IMG/VR virus record: IMGVR_UViG_3300009788_000087
DNA length: 64,000 nt
Direction: 5' to 3' (one strand)
DNA from: a virus
Shown here piece after piece: positions 1 through 9,689 of this stretch (the first letter of the stretch is position 1; each line of letters starts with the position of its first letter). The position numbers were made by a program, and so were the translations under genes. The notes beneath the pieces were generated by a model. That model worked only from the letters and a program-made list of their open reading frames with translations. It made no database searches and was not told the DNA's origin.

Positions 1-945
1 AAGTAAAGACTCAAGGTTTTTATTATCAGAACTTTTTGTTTCCATTTCAGGATCACGCGTCGCAAAAACTGCAGATCCTGAAGAACTAACAAGACCCGTG
101 CGTAATCCAGTGAATTCATCGATTTTTGTCGTTAGTGAGAGTGAGTTCTCAATTCCATTCTGATCAAACCTGAGACTCTCGTATGCTCCCTCTTTTGCGA
201 AGTTCTTATTTCTCGTTCGCATCGTGACACCCTGTATCTCAGCAGCACCATGTCTATTAAGACGGACGCGGTGTGGTCGTGTAGATTCAGGAGACTTCTT
301 CTTTGCTCTAAAGATGCGAAAAGCTTTTACTTTCTCTTCACGAATAAGTTTGTTAGGTAACGTGAATTTAACCTGTGTAGAATACCTGTCAACCAATCCA
401 CGATCACTGAAGACTATTTGCACAAAGTCAATATCTGGAACTGCTTTATTTATGCGTGGTGATATAATTGGTTTATCTTCGATTGAAGATACAGTACCAC
501 GCTTGATGAGGCTGCTGACAGCAGACTCAACCATCACTCTTGCATCACTACTATTGATTGTTTCAAGACCAATAGCAGTAACGACTGAGTCAATAAAACT
601 ATTCTGTATTGCCTGCAAATCTGACTTTGCATACTTCGTGCCTTGAAATCCTCGCTTATCATCTCCAGTATCAGTTTCGATTGACTCACGTATAGTTTGA
701 TCAAGTTCACCGAGTGTTTGTCTTGCTGCGGCGGCGGCTTTTTCAACAGCTCTTGCTACAACATTCATACCAGATGCCGCTTCAACAAGGTGATCAGAGT
801 TCGATTTAGACTTTACAAAGACATCATCTTGACGATCTAAAGGCTGCTTGCCAAAGAACTTTCGTGTCTGCGTTCCTTTGCCAAGCGGCAGTTTAAATCT
901 GCTGCTAATAGCTTGCTGGTCAGATCTACTATTAGAACCAGCCAT
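1..945 (-). CDS. hypothetical (probably virion) protein, runs off the left edge
   Basis: ATG at 945 directly follows the TAA of the upstream gene, with an AAGGAGAGG RBS. Frame MAGSNSRSDQQAISSRFK... stays open to base 1. Not in the ORF track because it is truncated. Confidence 0.7.
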   Translation of the reverse strand, partial: MAGSNSRSDQQAISSRFKLPLGKGTQTRKFFGKQPLDRQDDVFVKSKSNSDHLVEAASGMNVVARAVEKAAAAARQTLGELDQTIRESIETDTGDDKRGFQGTKYAKSDLQAIQNSFIDSVVTAIGLETINSSDARVMVESAVSSLIKRGTVSSIEDKPIISPRINKAVPDIDFVQIVFSDRGLVDRYSTQVKFTLPNKLIREEKVKAFRIFRAKKKSPESTRPHRVRLNRHGAAEIQGVTMRTRNKNFAKEGAYESLRFDQNGIENSLSLTTKIDEFTGLRTGLVSSSGSAVFATRDPEMETKSSDNKNLESLL

Positions 946-1671
946 TTATCTCCTCTCCTTCGAGAATCCAATAGATCTTGTAAGTGACTCAATCTTGTCA
1001 GAATCAGACTTTCTCAAGTTTTTAGTCTCTTCATCTTTGAAAAGTCTCATATCACAATTGTATGAAAGAACACCTTTCTTGTCACGCTTTGGAACAACTT
1101 CTGTTAAACCATTTGAAGCACTAACAAATACACGGACGAGGTTTCCCTCATGTGATGCTTTATCGAAATAGTCTTCAATTCTCTTACTGAACTCTAATCT
1201 TGAGCTATTAAATTTCTTGAACCCACGATCGAATGGACCACTCTTTGTGATGACATTACCAGACTGATCTAACGTCACATAGATATCCTGAAGTCTCTGC
1301 TGCTTCATCCCTATTGAGCCAGACGTTAGTTCAGGACTCGTTGATATTCGTGGCAGAATCTTCTGACCCTGTGGCATAGTGAATAACATGTTTTTTATGT
1401 TCGTCTGATCCCGAGCTTCACTATTCATACCTTTTTGAAGTCCAAAAACAGCTTCTCGTACAAGTGTCGCTTCAATTTGCTCACCTTTTGACGCTGTTAA
1501 CTGAGTGTTTGTTATGCTTCCACTAGTGCTGACATATGGATCATAGTCCACTTCATCATCAGAGAACGCATAATATGAGAACTCTAGTTCATTTTTCGAA
1601 TATAGCTCACGACCATAGTCAGTGAGAACCATGTCTATTACACGTGTGTTCTTATCGAGAAAACCAGCCAT
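946..1671 (-). CDS. virion structural protein
   Basis: The N-terminus MAGFLDKNTRVIDMVLTDYGRE...AFSDDEVDY resembles a motif I recall from structural proteins of large uncultured phages; structural-module context. Confidence 0.65.
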   Translation of the reverse strand: MAGFLDKNTRVIDMVLTDYGRELYSKNELEFSYYAFSDDEVDYDPYVSTSGSITNTQLTASKGEQIEATLVREAVFGLQKGMNSEARDQTNIKNMLFTMPQGQKILPRISTSPELTSGSIGMKQQRLQDIYVTLDQSGNVITKSGPFDRGFKKFNSSRLEFSKRIEDYFDKASHEGNLVRVFVSASNGLTEVVPKRDKKGVLSYNCDMRLFKDEETKNLRKSDSDKIESLTRSIGFSKERR

Positions 1672-1682
1672 CTGTCAGATAA

Positions 1683-3581
1683 CTATAAAGATCCTGTAGT
1701 TGCCGCCGCAATGATATCACGAGATTGTGTTGTTAATCCCTTGTTGGCGATGATAGACCTGAGAGTCAATGCTCTTGACACGAGTGGTTTTGGTGCTACA
1801 GCATCATTTAGGATTCTAAGATTTTCTGATGGGTCAGTTTGTATGTCAAATGTTGGCTCTTCTCCTGATCCACTAGAAATTGGAATAAATGGTGTATCAT
1901 ATTCATTAATGAGAAACCAAGTTGTATCACTACCTGTCAATCTAGTAGAAAGTGAGCCAGTCAACCTTGAAAAGACTGCAAAATCACTAAGGTTTGATGC
2001 TGTGTTTGATGTTATCCCTACAGTTAGACCCGGTGATCTTGATGTTAGCTCATCATCATAGAAAATTGTAGATGTTCTACCTACAATAACATCTGGATTC
2101 ACATGTTTTGGTCGATCTTCTCCAGGGCTCAAGGATCCACTGACTATTAGTGCTCTTCGCTTTGTTGCGAAAGTATCTGCATTTCTTACACTAAAGAGAT
2201 GTTGTGACATTCTTCCTATACTTGGATCTTTATTTTTCTTGTAGGTTATCTCTAATCTTGCTTGTCTAAAATAACCCCTGACAAATGTTGTGTCACCTGT
2301 TCCTACTTCATCTGCATATATTCTTAGTGTCCAAACGCCATTAATCTCTGTGTTACGTAAACCTGGTCTTCTACCAATAATAAGTGGTGGCTCATGAGCT
2401 AACCCTGTTAAGGGCCATTCTTGAAGAAGAGGGTCTAATATTGGAAGATATGGTCTTATTGTTTCTGGGCCAAAATTTGATCCAGTTGTTGGCCATTCAT
2501 TTGATCCAGTAACACCACCCGCAGCTGTGAGCCAACCGGCTGGAGGAGATCCCGCTGCAGCTTCTGATCCAGTTACGATTCCAGCATCACTTATCCATGA
2601 TATTGAACTTCCAGTGGCATATGCAACACCGGTTACAGCTTGCGCAGGAGAGCCTCTACCAAGTAAATGCTCATCTGCTACCTCAGAACCTGATGCAAAA
2701 TATACTGTTACATCACAGGGATTTCTTTGATTTGATGAATCCCAGAAAATCGTTCTCATATTGACATCGGAATTCCAAACTCTTCTTTGCCCAGCAAGTC
2801 CAAACCCGACATTCGATGTTCCACCAATCCATAGTAAAAACTGATTAGTAAAACGTGATGGGCTAAATTGATCGGAAGCTTCGATATCATTTCCTGCAGG
2901 CCAACCATCAAAACCATTTACATTTGGAGATTCCAGTGTCACCCAAAGATTACCCAAGCGATGGTCTTTTTCAGATGGAACACCTATTCTCGTTGTTAAA
3001 CACTCAAACCAAATTTTAATATCAACCAAATTCCCATAATCAGAAACTTCAATTGGAATTGATAATGCTGGTACTAGCGCATTTCCGCTATTTTTATACT
3101 CTGTACCTTTCACAGCGTCTGTTGTTCCAAGATCTTCAGATCCTGATATTTTGTATGTTGTTGTAACAGTAGATGTCTTGCTATAGAATTCTGATCCACT
3201 TGCTGACACTGCGGTCGACTCAAGCGCTAAAGAACGACTGAGGAATACGTTACGACTGTTTTCTATCGATGCTGTTACTTCATTTATCACAAACGCTTGG
3301 TTACGTCCAGTGTGTGTCTGTACCCACGACGGTGGAGTAGAGAAGTCGCTACCCACTCCATCGATAATTTCATGGCCAAGCTCAGTACGCAGTGCTTCGC
3401 CTTTCAGCCACTTGTTATATCTATTTCGCTCAGTTATTCGACGTGCGTTAATGCTACCTTCAACTTCAAGTGAAGATGTACTAGGTGCTCGTGGAGCATG
3501 TGTGATTATCGATGTGGCACCTCGTGCATTGATACCAACTGAACCACCGGAAATCTTGATTGTGGTATTCTCGTCACTCAT
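1683..3581 (-). CDS. virion protein with a split proprotein-convertase P-domain-like fold
   Basis: IEVSDYGNLVDIKIW...LGNLWVTLESP and INGVWTLRIYAD match the two ends of a P-domain; 12 [ST]GS motifs. Confidence 0.55.
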   Translation of the reverse strand: MSDENTTIKISGGSVGINARGATSIITHAPRAPSTSSLEVEGSINARRITERNRYNKWLKGEALRTELGHEIIDGVGSDFSTPPSWVQTHTGRNQAFVINEVTASIENSRNVFLSRSLALESTAVSASGSEFYSKTSTVTTTYKISGSEDLGTTDAVKGTEYKNSGNALVPALSIPIEVSDYGNLVDIKIWFECLTTRIGVPSEKDHRLGNLWVTLESPNVNGFDGWPAGNDIEASDQFSPSRFTNQFLLWIGGTSNVGFGLAGQRRVWNSDVNMRTIFWDSSNQRNPCDVTVYFASGSEVADEHLLGRGSPAQAVTGVAYATGSSISWISDAGIVTGSEAAAGSPPAGWLTAAGGVTGSNEWPTTGSNFGPETIRPYLPILDPLLQEWPLTGLAHEPPLIIGRRPGLRNTEINGVWTLRIYADEVGTGDTTFVRGYFRQARLEITYKKNKDPSIGRMSQHLFSVRNADTFATKRRALIVSGSLSPGEDRPKHVNPDVIVGRTSTIFYDDELTSRSPGLTVGITSNTASNLSDFAVFSRLTGSLSTRLTGSDTTWFLINEYDTPFIPISSGSGEEPTFDIQTDPSENLRILNDAVAPKPLVSRALTLRSIIANKGLTTQSRDIIAAATTGSL

Positions 3582-3883
3582 TCGAACTTTAGTACCCTTG
3601 TCGCCTTGGGTGTATCTCCTGTTGTATCAACGTTTGCTGTTCGTCCCAGTTTAATAACACCTGACTCTATCAATATAATTGCTGCTTCCTTGCCCGTAAC
3701 ACTACCTCCGAGCATAACAGCACCTCTTCTTGGAGGAGGGAAGAGAATATCTTTTGTTGGTTCAGGTGGTGTAATTAGCTCTACATCGAAACCAACACCA
3801 CCAAATGGTTCATCTAGACCGCCGAACCCACCGTCACCGAATCCAGTACCTTCAATGATGTTTTTTAATATAGGTTTTGCCAT
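3578..3883 (-). CDS. hypothetical protein (Gly/Pro-rich)
   Basis: ATG with a GAGG RBS; stop overlaps the next start (ATGA). Confidence 0.65.
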   Translation of the reverse strand: MAKPILKNIIEGTGFGDGGFGGLDEPFGGVGFDVELITPPEPTKDILFPPPRRGAVMLGGSVTGKEAAIILIESGVIKLGRTANVDTTGDTPKATRVLKFE

Positions 3884-3922
3884 CTATGATTATCCGATTG
3901 TATATTCCTCATTAGCGAGATT

Positions 3923-4324
3923 CTATGATTCAACGTCACCATTGACGAGCAATCGCGTTTCAAGCTTAAGACGCTCATCGACTTGTCGCAACGCTGTGAG
4001 ATCGGATGCAATACCGGTCGTGATCGGTGCGGGGTTGCTCATGTCAGTGCCGGACTGGTCACCGTACTCGTCGCCTGCTACCGCCGATGATGCTAGGCGA
4101 AACCAACGTCGAACGGGTCGTGGATTCGAGAATGGGCCGTCAGCAGGCGTCATTCTGATTCGCTTCGACACGCGTGTAACCTTGCGTCGCTGGACGACCG
4201 GGTCAGCATCGACGTCAGCTAAATTAATCGGGTCGCCGTTCTCGTCAACGTGATACTTGATGACCGTCTCATCGTAACTATCTGTATCTGTGCTCGTGCT
4301 CGTTGTCCAATTTGTCTGTGCCAT
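3923..4324 (-). CDS. hypothetical protein
   Basis: GAAGGA RBS; co-oriented in the structural operon. Confidence 0.65.
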   Translation of the reverse strand: MAQTNWTTSTSTDTDSYDETVIKYHVDENGDPINLADVDADPVVQRRKVTRVSKRIRMTPADGPFSNPRPVRRWFRLASSAVAGDEYGDQSGTDMSNPAPITTGIASDLTALRQVDERLKLETRLLVNGDVES

Positions 4325-4348
4325 AATATTCCTTCGCGAATTATCTTA

Positions 4349-4789
4349 TTATCCAACTATATACTCTTCACCCTCTTCAAATTGTCCATCTAGACCAACT
4401 GAAATAGGTGATTGCCCAGCAAATACAACTGGCGGATGAATACCAACGACAGCATTATCACTACTTCGCCTAATTGGTTTGAAACCAAGCGCTAGAATCG
4501 CATCACGCTGCGCCACTGTCAGGTCTGCTACCAGTTTAATATCAGCACCAAGATGTGCAAGTGCAATTAAAATTTGCTTGGAGCCTGAACCGATGAACCA
4601 GAGTTTTCCTGCGAGTCGACCGATCTTGAAGACGGTCAATGCGTGGCCATCCCAACTCGCTGTGAATATCCCTGGCCCGGTCTTGACGAAGTACTCGCGG
4701 ACGCCTTCACCAATATCCGGCACCGTGCGTGTTCCGTGCTCATCGGTGATCTCGATTAGCTCGACGCCTATGACTACGGGGCGGCTCAT
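4349..4789 (-). CDS. hypothetical protein, possible tail-fibre accessory/chaperone
   Basis: Start moved to MSRPVV (ATGA overlap with the upstream stop); lies directly after a fibre-like gene. Confidence 0.55.
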   Translation of the reverse strand: MSRPVVIGVELIEITDEHGTRTVPDIGEGVREYFVKTGPGIFTASWDGHALTVFKIGRLAGKLWFIGSGSKQILIALAHLGADIKLVADLTVAQRDAILALGFKPIRRSSDNAVVGIHPPVVFAGQSPISVGLDGQFEEGEEYIVG

Positions 4790-6774
4790 GGTACATCCTT
4801 TCTCGGTTTGTTCCAAATGCGGATGCGTGCAATGGTCCCATTCAAGTATTGAGCCCCACCAGTGACGAAACCAAGACGTATTTTATCTGCGTTATTACCG
4901 GCAGTCCATGTAACCGCAGCTCCTGCCGTTCGTACACCGTTGACATGAATGTCCCAGTTTTCCCCGGCGTGTTCGTCTAGTTCGTCCACTGAATCCCAGC
5001 GATAGCGAACCGTGTGTCCAAGGTGGTGCGATGTCGCTGGTGAGGTGACTGTCTTGGTCACCTTGATTACAGCGCTACTATCCCAATGGACAAAATTCGG
5101 TCTATCGTTAACACCGGACGTTCCCTGATATTTCAGGACTAACCTATCGTTGAGCGGATTTCCAATCATCCAGACGTACCCGTCGGAGGCATCATTATCT
5201 AAAGATGCGGCACTAATCGATTCTACTTCGCCGGCCACAGGATTGTGATACGTGTTACCGCCCGCATTGAGCAAGACCACGTCCGTTTTTATTCGTGTTG
5301 CACTCGCACCCGTTGGTGTTGGTATGTATGTCGTTGCCCCTTCATTTAAGTTGCCTCCAACATTTATCTCGAGCTGCCAGCCCCACTCAGCGATCTTGGA
5401 ACCGTCGTCAACCTTGAGCCGGAACTCAATAGAGACGCAGCCGGCCGGCGTCGTGAACGTCGTCTCGTTCCGGCGCACCTTATCATCAACGTTGAAGTCG
5501 AGCGCCAATGCGGCGGAACCAATCACAGCTGTGTTTGTTACGTCAAAGATCTCGACATCACCGAACGCATTGACGCCAGTATCGCCGCGGCCTGCAAACA
5601 AGCTCCATGCGTAATCGGTCTCTGCGAGAACCGTGATTGTCTGCTTACGACCCTCGACTCCACCCGCTGCGGCAATCGTGTTCATTGTCTGTGTACCGTC
5701 AGGCGCCTCGTTGGCATTGGCGACACTGGTCGGCGTTCCTATGTCAACATAGTCAGTGCCGGTCGCAGCCTCTTCACTTCCTTTGCATAGATTTGTTGCA
5801 GCATCTTCGACAAATATTCCGAGCTTGCTTGCGTGTGTGTGGACGCTATTATATCCGCTCGCGAACTGGCCCGGGCCGTACTTGCCCACGCGGTCGCCGT
5901 AGGACGAGTCATCGCCTACGATCGGGCACGCCAAGCTCGCGCGGGTGTACGTGTCGAGCTCGGGGGTCGTGTTCTGTGTGGCATGCGTCCAGAAGGCGTC
6001 GAGGTCGCTCTGGCCGAGGCCCTCGGCGTCGGCGCCCTCGAAGATCGCGCAATAGGCGATATCTACCTTAGCCCCCTGCGTTCTGGATGCTCCCAAGGAG
6101 AACCCGACCGTTGACGTAAGGTCTATCGTTCCCGCAATTGTCCCCGAGTCGCTGCCCTGGTCAGTGAAGAGTTTTACGTCTCCAGTGTTGCGGTCAATCA
6201 TTGTGAGCGCGGCGTGCCAAGCATCATCCTGGTAATCGTAGGCCGCGTCTTGAACTGCGCCGGATACGGTGCCGGAATCTTCCCCGGACCAACCCCAAGT
6301 AATGCGACCACCAGTCTGTGTCGTTATCCAGTAGCCATGCGGCGGTGTCGTTTGTCGCTTGCCAAATAGGTAAAGAGTCGTAGATGATGGGTGGAGACGG
6401 AATACGAGTAGCACAGCGATTGACGTAGTAGGAGCGTCGAACGGCGTTGCGCTCGCTGCTAGGAACTTCTGGTTTGTCGCATCATCGAAGGCTACACACT
6501 TCTTGTTGTAAGTATTTGTGCCGTCGTAGAACCCGACAGATGTTCGTCCCTGGTGGGGGGAGGTGGTCGGCACCAATGCGGTACTCGCAACCTCCCCGAT
6601 AAGGTTTCCAGACGTCTCATCACAGAGCCAGATCTCGCTAGCAGTTCGCCCTGGGATCACACTCCCCGCCTGGTCCGGGAATGCCTGCTGAGCCGGCTCG
6701 CGGAAGTCTAGGTCTAGTAGCAGTTCGATGAACGCGCCCCTAAAAAATGCAACCGGTTTAACAACTGGACTCAT
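4786..6774 (-). CDS. putative tail fibre/receptor-binding protein with concanavalin-A/LamG-like and carbohydrate-binding-like domains
   Basis: Beta-rich; DDAWHAALTMIDR and YLNGTIARIRIWN are LamG-type segments; AATNLCKGSE...WGWQLE resembles a CBM-like module; GC-rich. Confidence 0.6.
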   Translation of the reverse strand: MSPVVKPVAFFRGAFIELLLDLDFREPAQQAFPDQAGSVIPGRTASEIWLCDETSGNLIGEVASTALVPTTSPHQGRTSVGFYDGTNTYNKKCVAFDDATNQKFLAASATPFDAPTTSIAVLLVFRLHPSSTTLYLFGKRQTTPPHGYWITTQTGGRITWGWSGEDSGTVSGAVQDAAYDYQDDAWHAALTMIDRNTGDVKLFTDQGSDSGTIAGTIDLTSTVGFSLGASRTQGAKVDIAYCAIFEGADAEGLGQSDLDAFWTHATQNTTPELDTYTRASLACPIVGDDSSYGDRVGKYGPGQFASGYNSVHTHASKLGIFVEDAATNLCKGSEEAATGTDYVDIGTPTSVANANEAPDGTQTMNTIAAAGGVEGRKQTITVLAETDYAWSLFAGRGDTGVNAFGDVEIFDVTNTAVIGSAALALDFNVDDKVRRNETTFTTPAGCVSIEFRLKVDDGSKIAEWGWQLEINVGGNLNEGATTYIPTPTGASATRIKTDVVLLNAGGNTYHNPVAGEVESISAASLDNDASDGYVWMIGNPLNDRLVLKYQGTSGVNDRPNFVHWDSSAVIKVTKTVTSPATSHHLGHTVRYRWDSVDELDEHAGENWDIHVNGVRTAGAAVTWTAGNNADKIRLGFVTGGAQYLNGTIARIRIWNKPRKDVP

Positions 6775-6775
6775 C

Positions 6776-9481
6776 TTAACTCATATCCTGCACAAATGAT
6801 CCAAGGAAACTAGTGCCATCCCAGAGACCACTGACAATATCTATAGAACCTGAAGTCAGAGCAAGAACCGGCGCTACTCCACTCGGCCACTTGAATACTG
6901 AATCATATGTCACCGCAAAGTCTGGTGTTGTGGCGTGCTGGGTTACTTTCATTAGTACCGTCATTCCTGCTTCCATCGATGTTGGTGCTTGTATCTGTAC
7001 ATCATCACTAAGTACTAAATCCCACACTGTTCCGTGCGTTACTGCATCCGGTGTCACACTACCGCTTGTTGCAAGCACGCCAAATGACGCTGATAGTTTG
7101 TTGCCGTCGATCTCATCTGCACCACCAAGTTCGAGCTGTGTCGAAACATCGATGTATGTACCAGCCACGCTTATATCACCAATGACACTCACGTCACCTG
7201 CTGAATCCACAGAGAAGCGATCGACAAAACCAGCGCTGTTTATGTTGCTGAACAAGTGCCATGCGCCGGTCGGATTTGCTGCGCCTTGCACTGGAATGAT
7301 CTGCTGTGCGAATTGGACCTCTTGGCTTGAGGCAGTTACATTAGTCTTCCAGCCTTGACCTTCAAGCATGAACATCGGGCTGTACTGCTGTGCACCGGCG
7401 GTGGCGGCTGTGTCATTCGTGCAGCTCAACCCGACATCGGCATCCGTCGAAGAAGCCGCGACATTGTCAGGGCCTATTCCTTCGATTTTAAACCCGCTTG
7501 CGAGCACGTCGTCCCTCAGTGATATCGCTGATGACGTATAGCGCATCTTCTCGATACCGCCTGCGATAATCGAGACTGCGCCAGCGACGACGGCGCCGAT
7601 GCCTCCAGTTGTGTCGGAGCGGTCCGGGCAGAGAGTGGGGTTATTAAACGCCGGCGCCTCATTGAGCATCGCCGGGCCGTTGGCGTCCTTCGTAAAGAAG
7701 TTGGCGCCGTAGACATCACCCCAGTGTCGCGATGTAGTTCCTAGGTCTAGACCGGTCACATCGATATTTGGCCTCATGCTTGAACTGTCTACAAAGACCT
7801 CAGCGTTGCCACCAACAGCGAAGGTTATTTGCGTAAAACCGTTGACAGATGTATTACCGCCAGCCTCTGCCCTGACAGCATAGTGTGTAAGATCTTCTCT
7901 TTGATCGAAGTGGCTAAAATATGCGGTATCTGTCGCAGGTGAGGAAAATGCTGCACGCCCGAAGACGAAAGTCGAATCCGTGTTCGGTGCTGCGTTGATA
8001 ACTCTCGGGTCTGTAATGGTTACGTTTGTGTCACCAGTCGGTGCTGCATCAATGAACAGTGTGGACGCCACAGCAATCGTGTCGCCACCGCCGTCGTCAC
8101 TTGTGTACGTCGGTGCAAGGATACGTACTGCTGTTTGATCAGTGGTAACATCCACGAAGTTGATCGACGGTGACAGGTCGAACAGCGCGCTGGTCGCGTC
8201 CGCATCTGCGAGATTCGTGTGTGGTGCTCCAGTGATTTTGAATGCATTAGGCGTTCCGCTGGTTCTCGTCGCCTGAAGAATACCTACGCTAGCCAGATTC
8301 GAAAACGTTGCAGTGGCGGAGATGTTGCCAAACGTCAGTCTTGGTAAGCCAGCCACTACACAATAGAGGTTGTTCGCTGCGCTCGACAGTCCGGTGGTCA
8401 GGTTCGCCCTGTCCGGGATGATAGTCGGATTGATCGTCGATGCCGCCTCGTTGAGGATTGCCGGGCCGTTGGCGTCGGCCGCCTGGATTGAACCACCGAA
8501 TGTGAGATCAGTGCCATCAAATATAAGATTCGCATTTTCAGCAACTTGGTTGCTTCCATCTTCATATACTACACGATTTGCTGTACCACCATTGATCGGC
8601 GCTCCAATAGAAAACCCACTTGCACCACCCGGTCTAGAATCTGCCGTTCCATCGAAGTGAATGTAATAACCCTCAGATCCACTATCAATGATTGTTCCAA
8701 TTTTACGATCTACAACATCGAGGAATGGACTAATGATACCGTCTGATCGAGCAAATACATCATCACCGATCTTTGCATCTAATGATGAAGTTAGCGGTCC
8801 GAATAGACCTGTATGACGTGCAATAAAGAAACTGCCAGAAGCTGGATCTCCTGGAATCCCTGCTGTCGAGCCAGACACCACAATGTCAGAGCCTGTAATT
8901 GACGTGCCCTCCACCACGTAGAGACTGCTCTGGAAGCTCCCAGTCGCTTCACCTGACACTTTAGCGAATTCGAGTAAGCGCTCCTCACCAGGCAACCCAG
9001 GTTGGACTCGAAGCGAACCAGACGGCCTGATGAGATCACCTCTCTGGAGAGCTTCCTGTGCAAGACCGACAACAAACTGGCCCTCACCGAGCATGTCATT
9101 GACTACAGATGTTAATTCCTGCTGAGCTCGAGCCCAACCAAAGCTACCTGATCTCTCTGTCTTCTCACCTGCAGCAGGAGAACTAAGGTTTGACTTCTGG
9201 TGCCTAAATGCTATGATTGCTGAACTTGTGAGAGAGACATCTGCGTCGACAATATTGAGAACAAGATAATTGCCTTCCTTACTTCCGGTCAGAGTTGTAC
9301 TGAATGCTACCGGATCAGTAAATCCATCATAACTGCCTGATGGTTGGCTACCTGTAGCTGCAACCCATAAGATAGTTGACTCACCGCCATCACCATCGTT
9401 ATCGAGAGTTACTGCAGAACCTATGACAGCTTCATAGTATGAACCTGTGATACCATTTATGACAATTTGTGATTGCGCCAT
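6776..9481 (-). CDS. putative tail fibre / long virion protein
   Basis: 901 aa, Gly/Ser/Thr/Ala-rich, with an internal repeat (DANGPAxLNEA...NPTxxPDR) and a C-terminal domain typical of fibre tips. Confidence 0.65.
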   Translation of the reverse strand: MAQSQIVINGITGSYYEAVIGSAVTLDNDGDGGESTILWVAATGSQPSGSYDGFTDPVAFSTTLTGSKEGNYLVLNIVDADVSLTSSAIIAFRHQKSNLSSPAAGEKTERSGSFGWARAQQELTSVVNDMLGEGQFVVGLAQEALQRGDLIRPSGSLRVQPGLPGEERLLEFAKVSGEATGSFQSSLYVVEGTSITGSDIVVSGSTAGIPGDPASGSFFIARHTGLFGPLTSSLDAKIGDDVFARSDGIISPFLDVVDRKIGTIIDSGSEGYYIHFDGTADSRPGGASGFSIGAPINGGTANRVVYEDGSNQVAENANLIFDGTDLTFGGSIQAADANGPAILNEAASTINPTIIPDRANLTTGLSSAANNLYCVVAGLPRLTFGNISATATFSNLASVGILQATRTSGTPNAFKITGAPHTNLADADATSALFDLSPSINFVDVTTDQTAVRILAPTYTSDDGGGDTIAVASTLFIDAAPTGDTNVTITDPRVINAAPNTDSTFVFGRAAFSSPATDTAYFSHFDQREDLTHYAVRAEAGGNTSVNGFTQITFAVGGNAEVFVDSSSMRPNIDVTGLDLGTTSRHWGDVYGANFFTKDANGPAMLNEAPAFNNPTLCPDRSDTTGGIGAVVAGAVSIIAGGIEKMRYTSSAISLRDDVLASGFKIEGIGPDNVAASSTDADVGLSCTNDTAATAGAQQYSPMFMLEGQGWKTNVTASSQEVQFAQQIIPVQGAANPTGAWHLFSNINSAGFVDRFSVDSAGDVSVIGDISVAGTYIDVSTQLELGGADEIDGNKLSASFGVLATSGSVTPDAVTHGTVWDLVLSDDVQIQAPTSMEAGMTVLMKVTQHATTPDFAVTYDSVFKWPSGVAPVLALTSGSIDIVSGLWDGTSFLGSFVQDMS

Positions 9482-9517
9482 TCTGATTAATTACCTTAAA
9501 ACAAAGAACATGTACAG

Positions 9518-9685
9518 TTATTCTCCAGTGAATGGAAAAACCTCAATGCCAAACTCGTTTTTATTTCTCTCAAGATCATTTTTTATGCTATCGGGCACAC
9601 CTGTAGATGTAGACTTTATTGATCCAGATACAAATGTACTCGGAGCGTCAGTCTGAGAAGGAAATCTTCCACCAGGTCTAGACAT
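9518..9685 (-). CDS. small hypothetical protein
   Basis: MSRPGGRFPSQTD...; fills the gap in the operon. Confidence 0.5.
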   Translation of the reverse strand: MSRPGGRFPSQTDAPSTFVSGSIKSTSTGVPDSIKNDLERNKNEFGIEVFPFTGE

Positions 9686-9689
9686 TATA

